Source: Patescibacteria group bacterium
Lineage (GTDB): Bacteria > Patescibacteriota > Patescibacteriia > JACRDY01
Length of the DNA stretch: 64,000 bases
Reading direction: 5' to 3'
Assembly (NCBI GenBank): GCA_041653535.1
Contig: JBAZFH010000002.1
Location: forward strand, 173,011 to 237,010
The translations under genes and the position numbers were made by a program. The notes under the pieces were generated by a model, which searched no databases, was not told where the DNA came from, and saw nothing but the letters and a program-made list of their open reading frames with translations. Positions 53,348 through 61,578 of this stretch are shown piece by piece; position 1 is the stretch's first letter, and every line of letters begins with the position of its first letter.

Positions 53348-54454
53348 ATGGCTAATCTGGTTATCTTCATCGACGGTTTTCCTTACGATCAGCTGGCGCA
53401 GACCGATTTTTTGAATAATCTCAAAAAAAGTCGTCGTATTCCCGGTATCGGCTATAGTTTTAATCTTTATTTGGAGATGTTTGCTGGACTAGTGCCAGAT
53501 CAAAGCGGTGTGTTTTGTGAGTTTGCTTTTGAGCCGCAACGGTTGCAAAATAAAACCGTTCGTATTTTAATGCCGGTTTTGAAAATTATTGATAAACTCG
53601 GTATCTTTTCTTCTCTTTTTAAACGTTTTGTCACAGGGTATTGTGGTTTTAAGTTTCACAACGTGCCGTTTGCCTACCGATATTTTTTCACCGACGCGGG
53701 AAAACAAATCCAACGTCCTGATCTGCGGGAAAAAACTATTTTTAAGAAAATAGAAAAGTTAAGTAATGGTAAAATTTTTGATCATAGCATTTGCTGCTAT
53801 ACCGACAAAGAAAGCGTGGGTCTTTTTTATCAAAATATTGACGCCGATAATCTTTTTATTCATTTCACCGAGCTGGATGGAGCCGGTCACGCCGGATTTT
53901 TGAGCGCCGAATATTTTGCTAAGCTAAAATGGCTTGATGATAAGCTGAAAAATATCTGGCAAAAATATCAAGAGCGGCATCCGGGAGCAAATCTTATTAT
54001 TTTGTCAGATCATGGTTTTTGCTCGGTTGAGAAATTTATCCGACCGGAGTTTGAAAGAATCGGCAGCTTAAAAGCCGGTAGAGATTATTTTTATTTTGTT
54101 GATACGACTATGGTTAAGTTTTGGTTTTTATCACAAGCGGCAAAAGAAGCGGTTTTGAAATATTTAAGCGGTTTGGATTTTGGCAGGGTTTTAAGTGAAC
54201 AAGAACGTTTGGCTTCAGGAATAGCAGACAAAAAGTTTGCTGACGAGATTTTTTTACTTCAGCCCGGCATTGCCTTTTTCCCTTCTTTTTACGGTGGAAT
54301 CATTAAGGTTAAAGGAGTACACGGTTACGGTCCGGAGTGTAGCGGACATCACGGAATATTTTTGTATAATACGCCAAGGCGGGTTGAAATTGCGCCTATC
54401 ATCAATAACAAAGAAACATATCAGTGCATTTTAGATATTTTAGATTTAAAATAA
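53348..54454 (+). CDS. Alkaline-phosphatase-superfamily protein (nucleotide pyrophosphatase/phosphodiesterase-like)
   Basis: VIFIDGFPYD, ELDGAGHAG, and ILSDHGF metal-site motifs. Confidence 0.6.
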   Translation: MANLVIFIDGFPYDQLAQTDFLNNLKKSRRIPGIGYSFNLYLEMFAGLVPDQSGVFCEFAFEPQRLQNKTVRILMPVLKIIDKLGIFSSLFKRFVTGYCGFKFHNVPFAYRYFFTDAGKQIQRPDLREKTIFKKIEKLSNGKIFDHSICCYTDKESVGLFYQNIDADNLFIHFTELDGAGHAGFLSAEYFAKLKWLDDKLKNIWQKYQERHPGANLIILSDHGFCSVEKFIRPEFERIGSLKAGRDYFYFVDTTMVKFWFLSQAAKEAVLKYLSGLDFGRVLSEQERLASGIADKKFADEIFLLQPGIAFFPSFYGGIIKVKGVHGYGPECSGHHGIFLYNTPRRVEIAPIINNKETYQCILDILDLK

Positions 54455-54458
54455 TAAG

Positions 54459-57400
54459 ATGATTGTCTTGGAAAAAATAAAAAAGTATTGGCCGATTTTA
54501 TTTATTTTAGTTTTGGGTTCTTTGCCCTTGGTTTGGTTTAGAGATGGTCTGCTTATCGCCGGCGGCGACAATGATTGGTATCTTAACCCGGTAAAGCTTT
54601 TTCACGATGCCCTTTACACCTGGTCAGGGCTAAAAAGCGCTGGAGAAATAAATTTTTTGGTTTGTCATATTTTTCCATTGCCTGCTTTTTGGGCTTTATT
54701 AAAACTGGTCGGTTTGAGTTTGGTTAATATCCAGAGGCTATGGACTATTTTGATTTTCGTTACCCCGGCTCTATCGATTTATTATTTGGTTATCAGATAT
54801 TTTGGCGCAGACAAAAAGGAGGTTAAATATCAGCTCGTCGGACTGCTAGCCGCTATCCTCTATAGCTTCAATATGTTTTTGATTAATAGTCCGCTCAACT
54901 CCGTTGCTTCTCCGGTGCTGGCAATCATGCCGCTGATGCTTTGGTTCTTTATTTCGGCTTTGGAGCAAGAAAAATTTTCTTTCAAATATCCGGCGGCTAT
55001 TAGCGTGTTATCTATTTTCCTCTTTTTTTCGAACACCAATCTGGCGGAAGTTAGTATTATACCACTGGTCCTCGGTCTTTATTTGTTATTTTTTGTTGCT
55101 TTCAACTTTAAATTTTTTAAAATAGTTCATGCTTTCAAAGTAGTCGTGGCTAGTGTAGTCGCATATCTGGCGGTTAACTCCTGGTGGTTGCTGATAATAT
55201 CTTTTTCTTTTGTTGAAGCTGCTTCCAAAGCAGGAGAAATTGTAAAAAGTATCAGTTTTGTCGAACGTAGTTATTTGTTTGAAGTATTTAGATTGATGGG
55301 TTTTTGGGCTTTTAGGATCAAAACCGGCGCGGGGCTTTCAAACGTGCCGTACAGTGATTTGTATTATCAACCTTTACTTATAATCTTGACCTACCTAATT
55401 CCACTAGTGGTATTTTTCGCTTTAATTTTTCGACCGCGGGACAAGAAGATTATTTTTTTCTCCCTGATTTTTTTGCTGGGAATATTTTTAGCCAAGGGGA
55501 CCAATGAACCGTTTGGTGTCGTCTATGGTTTTTTGTTTGAAAAGATCCCTGGATTTTGGGTTTTTCGCAACCCTTACTCCAAATTTATGCCTTTGACGAT
55601 ATTTGGTTTTTCGATTTTGTATGGTTTATCTGCCGCCGATATATATTATGGAGCAAAAAAGTGGTTTGTAACCAAGATAAAAAACCGGCAAAGGGCGGTA
55701 GCGATGGCTTTGATTATCCTTGTGTTTTTGGGGTTACTGCCAATTGCGGCTGCCTGGCCAATACTGACCGGTAAATTTTTGTCCGATGCTTCCTGGTATG
55801 GTACACCTGAAAAATCAATGCATGTCCAAGTGCCGGACTACTGGCAGCAAGCAAACAAATGGTTTACAGAAAACGACCCTGAAGGTAGAGTTTTGCTTTT
55901 ACCCAAAGCAGGATATGGGCATTGTTATAAATGGTTGTCGGGAATATGCACCGGAGGATATGTTGCCAACTATCTTATACCAAATCCGATTATCAGCTAT
56001 CCCAATCTAAAAATAGATTCTCCGTACGATAACACGATTGATAGTCTTTTTTCTTACATTAAACCGCAGACCAGGGTTGATCTTGCCGAATTACTGGGTG
56101 TTTTTAATATTAAATATATCTTGCAGCAAGACGATTTACTGTGGCAAAGGGCGGGCACCGATTCTTATTCGCCGGAACAGATAAAAAATATTTTAGCGGA
56201 GCAGCCGGGGATAGAGTTTATAAAAAATTTTGGCAAGTTGAATCTTTATCAGATTAAAGGTGATTATTACGTGCAGAGAATTTTTGCCCCACGTAAAGTT
56301 AGTTATACGTCTAGCAAAGATCCCCTGGAGACAAGTCAGGCGGTTTTACTCAACAAAAAAAACGTGACGGAAGAGTCGATGTTCGAAATAAAAGATGGTT
56401 TGGATAGTTCAGACAAGGATTTGATAGCAACAAAAAGACTAGCCGATACTAACGGTTATAGTCTAGATATACCAGCGCAGGCAGAATATGATTTTTATTT
56501 GATTCAAAAACCAATCTCGCCGCAAGTTGTGGTCTGTGCCGGATGCCCGTCGGGTTTTGGTATTAGTCTTGGCGATGAATATTCGGGGAAACAATTATTT
56601 TTTACTAAAGCAATAAGTGGTGGAGTTTACTTTGATAATGACAAAAAGATTTCTTTGTCCTGGCGTCGGTCGATAAAGATTTATCCTTTAGACGTTAATG
56701 ATGTGGGTATTGATAGTCCGATAGTCGGTTGGAGTTTTATCCAAAATGTTGGGGCGGTAGATCTTTACGGGTCGCAGCTGTCGGAAAATTTTCCCGAAGA
56801 CTACAAAACGTCATCAGAAGCAAAAATATTTTTTGCCGGTTTCCGGGATGGACAGCAACTGGGCGAAGACTGGGGGGTCGAAATTTTTCCCGATTCTTTT
56901 GAAATAGGGACTATGAAGACCAGAAGGGTGGTGGTTAGTGTGCCAGCGGGAACTAGACCCGGGGAGGGCTATCGATTCGTTTATCTCAAAAAACCAAGCA
57001 TGCTTTCCGATTTAGATTTTGGGAGCAATGTCGGCACAAGCAGTGTTTTATCTGTCGGTTCTGCAAGTCTCGCTGCCGGCAATCATCGTGTTTTATTGAC
57101 CGGACTGACCAGCGAGGATTTGGATAAAATGACTTTTGTTGCCAAGAAAAAGGTGGTGGAAGGCGGAGTGGTGGTGCCAAAAATAACATTCAAAAAAATC
57201 AACCCGACAAAGTATAAAGTGATGGTTAGTGGAGCTGTAACCGATTTTTCTTTGGTTTTTTCTGAAAACTTTAATACTTTTTGGAGGGTTTATGTCTTTC
57301 CTCAAGTATTTTTAAGCCAAAGGGAACTTTCGGGCAAGCCTTTTTCGCCAGTGTCATCAAGCGGTCCGGTAGACGCTGATTTTGTAAGCGAGGAATATGG

Positions 57401-57677
57401 CGGATCCACGCAGAATAATAATCTTACGTCGCCTTTTTACAAGACATATTTTAGGTCTTCGCTTGGCGAGCACCAGCATTTTTTGGCCAATGGTTATGCT
57501 AATGGTTGGTGGATTAAGCGACCGGACTGCCTTGAACAAGGAGATAAGTGTCAGAATTTCGAAATCATTATTGAATTTTGGCCACAAAGGATTTATTATC
57601 TCGGTGGCTTGATTTCCGGTCTGTCATTTTGTTTGATATTGTTTTATTTGATCAAAAAAATACGGTCGAGGGAATAA
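54459..57677 (+). CDS. Giant polytopic membrane protein, GT-C-like (AftD/DUF3367-like), 1072 aa
   Basis: N-terminal GLLIAGGDNDWYLNP...WSGLKSAGE loop, many TM helices, a large soluble C-domain, and a C-terminal module INPTKYKV...GYANGWWI...IIEFWPQR plus a TM anchor shared with 35901-38342. Confidence 0.5.
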   Translation: MIVLEKIKKYWPILFILVLGSLPLVWFRDGLLIAGGDNDWYLNPVKLFHDALYTWSGLKSAGEINFLVCHIFPLPAFWALLKLVGLSLVNIQRLWTILIFVTPALSIYYLVIRYFGADKKEVKYQLVGLLAAILYSFNMFLINSPLNSVASPVLAIMPLMLWFFISALEQEKFSFKYPAAISVLSIFLFFSNTNLAEVSIIPLVLGLYLLFFVAFNFKFFKIVHAFKVVVASVVAYLAVNSWWLLIISFSFVEAASKAGEIVKSISFVERSYLFEVFRLMGFWAFRIKTGAGLSNVPYSDLYYQPLLIILTYLIPLVVFFALIFRPRDKKIIFFSLIFLLGIFLAKGTNEPFGVVYGFLFEKIPGFWVFRNPYSKFMPLTIFGFSILYGLSAADIYYGAKKWFVTKIKNRQRAVAMALIILVFLGLLPIAAAWPILTGKFLSDASWYGTPEKSMHVQVPDYWQQANKWFTENDPEGRVLLLPKAGYGHCYKWLSGICTGGYVANYLIPNPIISYPNLKIDSPYDNTIDSLFSYIKPQTRVDLAELLGVFNIKYILQQDDLLWQRAGTDSYSPEQIKNILAEQPGIEFIKNFGKLNLYQIKGDYYVQRIFAPRKVSYTSSKDPLETSQAVLLNKKNVTEESMFEIKDGLDSSDKDLIATKRLADTNGYSLDIPAQAEYDFYLIQKPISPQVVVCAGCPSGFGISLGDEYSGKQLFFTKAISGGVYFDNDKKISLSWRRSIKIYPLDVNDVGIDSPIVGWSFIQNVGAVDLYGSQLSENFPEDYKTSSEAKIFFAGFRDGQQLGEDWGVEIFPDSFEIGTMKTRRVVVSVPAGTRPGEGYRFVYLKKPSMLSDLDFGSNVGTSSVLSVGSASLAAGNHRVLLTGLTSEDLDKMTFVAKKKVVEGGVVVPKITFKKINPTKYKVMVSGAVTDFSLVFSENFNTFWRVYVFPQVFLSQRELSGKPFSPVSSSGPVDADFVSEEYGGSTQNNNLTSPFYKTYFRSSLGEHQHFLANGYANGWWIKRPDCLEQGDKCQNFEIIIEFWPQRIYYLGGLISGLSFCLILFYLIKKIRSRE

Positions 57678-57682
57678 AAATT

Positions 57683-59539
57683 ATGAAAAATAAAATTATT
57701 AAAATCATAAAAGCCATGTTTAGTTGGTGGTCGGCGGGAGAGCGGATAATATTTTTAGAGTACGCCGCACTGTCTATTTTTATATTATTGCCGATATTTA
57801 AACCCGGATATATTTTTGCTCTGGACTTTACCGCCGCTCCGCATTTTGATTTTCCATCCACAGTTTCTTTCGAGTACCCGTGGTTAGTTTTTTTGTGGTT
57901 ATTAAATCTGTTTATTCCGGCGGCAGTGATACAAAAGATAATTTGCTTCGCCATTCTGTTTTTAGCCGGCATCGGTGCACATTATTTTGTCGGAAAGTTT
58001 TCGTCGACTAAATGGTCAAAATATTTTGCCGGTTTGTTGTTTATCTTTAATCCGTTAGTTTATTCTCGTTTAGCTTATGGTCAGTTTCGTTTTTTGTTAG
58101 GGTACGCTCTATTGCCGTGGTTATTTTTAGCTGGCTTGCGGTTTTTGAAACAACCATTGATTAAAAAGACGTTTTATTTAGCGCTACTCCTAACGGTTTG
58201 CGGAGCAGTCAGTCTCCATATTTTGTTTATATTTTCTTTTGTTTTTATCGCGACGTGGCTGACTCGTTTTTTTCAATCAATTTATAACAGAAATTATTTG
58301 TTTGAATTTTTAAAACAAACCGTTTTTTTATTGCTATTATTTTTGTTTTTAAATAGTTATTGGTTATTACCGGTTTTTGTCAACCATTCTAGCGTCAACA
58401 ATGCTCTGTCATCTTTTGACCAGCGGGACGTCTTTGGTTTTCAGACCAATGCCGACTCTCGCTTTGGGGTTTTTGTTAACACAGCAGCGATGTATGGTTT
58501 TTGGGGTGACAGAGAGGGTCGTTATTTTTCTCAAAAAACAGTAGTCTCTTATTGGTTTGTTTTGTTTCTAGTGTTATTATTTTTTGTTTTTTGGGGCGTT
58601 GGTTTGTTGTTTTGGAAATTAATCAAGAAATATCATCAGTTCAGATTATTGACAAACCCGTCTGTTGCTCAGCTAAAAGATGAACGATTATCGGAAGATA
58701 TTTGGCTTGCCCTCCCAATATTTTTTTGTGCCGTTGTCGCTTTGTTTATGGCTGTCGGCGTGGCGCATCCATTTTCTGCGCTGATTTCTCAGTGGTTATA
58801 CCAAAACTTTTCTTTTTATAAAGGTTTTAGGGAGCCGCAAAAATGGGTAGTGGTCTTGATTTTAGCTTATACCTATTTTGCTTCATTTGGTGTTGATGAT
58901 TTGGTAAAGAAAGCCGCCCGCGGTCTTGAGTATTTGGCCAGGAGAGCCAATCAACTAAAAACAAAGAAACCGATTTTATTTTTATTGTCAGTTTTTAGAA
59001 AAGTTTTGCCCGTGATATTTCTGATCGTTCCTTTGTTCTACAGTCCGATATTATTGCTAGGGCTTGGTCGCCAGATGTGCGTTGGTTCTTATCCGGCCAG
59101 TTGGTACGAGTCTAACGAGCTGTTAAATTCTGATCAGGAAAATTTTCAGACGCTTTTTCTGCCATGGCACATGTATCTCAATCTGTCTTTTGCTTGTAAC
59201 AAGGTAGTAACAAATCCTGCCGCTGCCTTTTTTGATAAACCATTTATAGTCGGAGACAATATTGAATTTGGAAATATTTATAACCAAAATAATCGGGCTG
59301 ATTCAAAATATGTCGAAGAAAACATATTGCAAAACAAAGGGCGGTTTACTCAAAAAGACGGCGGGGGTTTAGGAGAAGTGTTGAATACGATAAACGTTAA
59401 GTATGTTGTTTGGGCAAAAGAGTCGGATTTTTTTAATTATGATTTTGTTAAATTGGCGCCGGACTTAGAATTGGTTTATGATAGAGACAGGATTCAAATT
59501 TATAAAAATTTAAAATGGCAAGATGAAAAAAATAGATAA
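57683..59539 (+). CDS. Polytopic membrane protein, possible GT-C-type glycosyltransferase (618 aa)
   Basis: Start trimmed to ATG 57683, after the upstream stop. About 12 TM helices and a soluble C-terminal domain. Confidence 0.4.
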   Translation: MKNKIIKIIKAMFSWWSAGERIIFLEYAALSIFILLPIFKPGYIFALDFTAAPHFDFPSTVSFEYPWLVFLWLLNLFIPAAVIQKIICFAILFLAGIGAHYFVGKFSSTKWSKYFAGLLFIFNPLVYSRLAYGQFRFLLGYALLPWLFLAGLRFLKQPLIKKTFYLALLLTVCGAVSLHILFIFSFVFIATWLTRFFQSIYNRNYLFEFLKQTVFLLLLFLFLNSYWLLPVFVNHSSVNNALSSFDQRDVFGFQTNADSRFGVFVNTAAMYGFWGDREGRYFSQKTVVSYWFVLFLVLLFFVFWGVGLLFWKLIKKYHQFRLLTNPSVAQLKDERLSEDIWLALPIFFCAVVALFMAVGVAHPFSALISQWLYQNFSFYKGFREPQKWVVVLILAYTYFASFGVDDLVKKAARGLEYLARRANQLKTKKPILFLLSVFRKVLPVIFLIVPLFYSPILLLGLGRQMCVGSYPASWYESNELLNSDQENFQTLFLPWHMYLNLSFACNKVVTNPAAAFFDKPFIVGDNIEFGNIYNQNNRADSKYVEENILQNKGRFTQKDGGGLGEVLNTINVKYVVWAKESDFFNYDFVKLAPDLELVYDRDRIQIYKNLKWQDEKNR

Positions 59540-60350
59540 AGAAAAAATAATTTTTGGCGTCAAGCTGATAATTTTGCTGTTAGTTGTGATTTTTAGTTTG
59601 TATAAAGACATTACCATTGTTGGTTTGTTGGTTCTGGCTTTTTCGGCATATGTTATTTTGTGGCAACAAGAGATCGCTACTAGTTTTGTAGCTGGGATTT
59701 TGTTACTGATTGTCTCACAGGTTATAACCGTATTTCGTTCAGAGGTCAGTGCGCGGTCATTGGCTGGTTATGGCTTGGTATTAATTTTAGTATCTATTTT
59801 TACTTGGTTTTTTGTTTACTTCAAAGATAAGCTTAGATTTATTCTGAGAAGATTTATTTTTAGTAAGACAGAACCATTAGTTGCGGAAGGGATTGGTAAT
59901 TATAAAAAAGCAGTGGCGAGGTTGAAAGATTCTAATAAAGGGACAAATATGTCTTTTACCAAACGAATACAGCAGCGGTGGTCGTTGATAATAATGCTGC
60001 TTTTGAGTATTTGGAAGGGTAGCCGATTTTTTGTAGTCAAAATCGCCGCCATGATTTTGTTGTTTCTGATTATACTGGTTATGACAAGTTGGTCGATTCT
60101 AAATACTTTTATTTTATTGGTGATGTTTATAGGAATTTTATTCAACATTGATGCCCGACCGGTTTTTCTATTAGGTATAATTTTGTTAATAGGGATACCG
60201 ATATTTTTGATTTTGGGTAAAGAGGGGGTAAGCGCTGTTTTAGCAATTTACGCCTATCACGCCTTAATTATTGGTTTTATATGGGACTTGGCAGGTGCAA
60301 TAAGGATCAAATATCAGGGCGCGCGACCGATCTGTGCCAGGTTTGAGTAA
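59523..60350 (+). CDS. Integral membrane protein (275 aa)
   Basis: Multiple TM helices. 17-nt overlap with the upstream gene. Confidence 0.4.
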   Translation: MKKIDKEKIIFGVKLIILLLVVIFSLYKDITIVGLLVLAFSAYVILWQQEIATSFVAGILLLIVSQVITVFRSEVSARSLAGYGLVLILVSIFTWFFVYFKDKLRFILRRFIFSKTEPLVAEGIGNYKKAVARLKDSNKGTNMSFTKRIQQRWSLIIMLLLSIWKGSRFFVVKIAAMILLFLIILVMTSWSILNTFILLVMFIGILFNIDARPVFLLGIILLIGIPIFLILGKEGVSAVLAIYAYHALIIGFIWDLAGAIRIKYQGARPICARFE

Positions 60351-60378
60351 TTGTGGATAACTGGCTTTTATTGAATTG

Positions 60379-60407
60379 TTGGCTTTTTCTATTTATTTTG
60401 GTATAAT
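60379..60407 (+). promoter_or_regulatory. Putative strong promoter (TTGGCT-17 nt-TGgTATAAT, extended -10)
   Basis: TTGGCT at 60379-84, TG at 60399-400, TATAAT at 60402-07. About 90 nt upstream of the FN3-protein ATG. Confidence 0.5.
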
Positions 60408-60497
60408 AATAACCAGTAAAAATATCTCTAATTTTAAACAAGTAGTTGGTTTTAAAATATTTAACTTAATATAAAGAAAAAAATAAAAAACCTTATT

Positions 60498-61487
60498 ATG
60501 GGTCAATTATTCAAAAATTTATCTCGCAACGAAAATTTCGTTGTAAAAGGGCTTTTAATAGCAGCTTTGCTAGTTCTAGCCGCGTCTATTTCTTCGACTG
60601 TTTATTCACAAATACAAGGATATGTTGGTTATGGTTATGGCTATAATGCCTGGGGCTATGGCTATGGTTATGGATCTTCTCTTCCGTCAGCTGTTAGCGA
60701 TCTTGCTTTGAGCACGACTACTAGTAGCGGCGAATTAAGAGCCAGTTGGACTGCGGTAACCACTTGTATGGATGAAACAAGTCTTGATAATTTTGCTTAT
60801 TACAAGGTTTACTGGGCTACTTCGTCAACAGACGCCAATAGCACGTCCCGTTTAAGTGCGATCGTTGCTACTCAGGGTAGTGGTACGATTAATGCTACTA
60901 TCAGTGGCTTAACAGCAGGAACTACTTATTATATGGCTATTTATACAGTTGATTCCATGGGAAACTGGAGCAATATTTCTAACGTTTCTTCTTTGGCAGC
61001 TGGTGCGACTAGCACTGCTGGTCAAAATGGCGGTGGCGGCGGTGGTGGATCAAGTACCACTACTAGTCCGACTACCGGTGAGTCAGTGCCTGTGGTTGTG
61101 GTTGCTCCTACCCCTGCTTTGGGAGTTGTCACCGGATTTACCACGCCAACTGTTACTGGGGTAAAGAGTGAATCTTTGAGAACTGGTAATTTCGCTTATG
61201 GCTACGCTCGCGTTGCTTCCCTGGCAGTGGAGCAGGGTCTGGCTAAATACCTAGCTACGAACCTGGAAAATAAATTCGGCAGAGCTACTTTCAACAGTTT
61301 GTTCCGCAAAGCCACAAAGACTTCTGGGCAATGGTGGTACGCTTATGTAAATGCTTATACTTATGGCGGCTACACATTAAAGGAAGTCCAACAAGGCGTG
61401 AAGTTTGGCGGTAAAACCGTTCATCCGACCATACCGGCTTCTGCTTGGAGAAATAGCGCGGATTATAAGGCTTACATCAATAAATAG
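60498..61487 (+). CDS. Secreted/anchored surface protein with Gly-Tyr repeat, FN3-like domain and Ser/Thr/Gly linker
   Basis: N-terminal hydrophobic helix, GYVGYGYGYNAWGYGYGYG, FN3-like LRASWTAV...YYKVYW...GLTAGTTYYMAIYTVDSMGNWS, then GGGGGGSSTTTSPTTG. Confidence 0.6.
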   Translation: MGQLFKNLSRNENFVVKGLLIAALLVLAASISSTVYSQIQGYVGYGYGYNAWGYGYGYGSSLPSAVSDLALSTTTSSGELRASWTAVTTCMDETSLDNFAYYKVYWATSSTDANSTSRLSAIVATQGSGTINATISGLTAGTTYYMAIYTVDSMGNWSNISNVSSLAAGATSTAGQNGGGGGGGSSTTTSPTTGESVPVVVVAPTPALGVVTGFTTPTVTGVKSESLRTGNFAYGYARVASLAVEQGLAKYLATNLENKFGRATFNSLFRKATKTSGQWWYAYVNAYTYGGYTLKEVQQGVKFGGKTVHPTIPASAWRNSADYKAYINK

Positions 61488-61509
61488 AATCTAGATAGAT
61501 AGAATAAAA

Positions 61510-61540
61510 AGACCTCGGGAAATCCGGGGTCTTTTGTATT
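61510..61540 (+). terminator. Intrinsic terminator
   Basis: GACCTCGG (61511-18) pairs with CCGGGGTC (61524-31, one GU pair), followed by TTTT. Confidence 0.7.
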
Positions 61541-61578
61541 TTAGAAATATTTAATCTTTAGAGAGTTAAAATAGCGGC

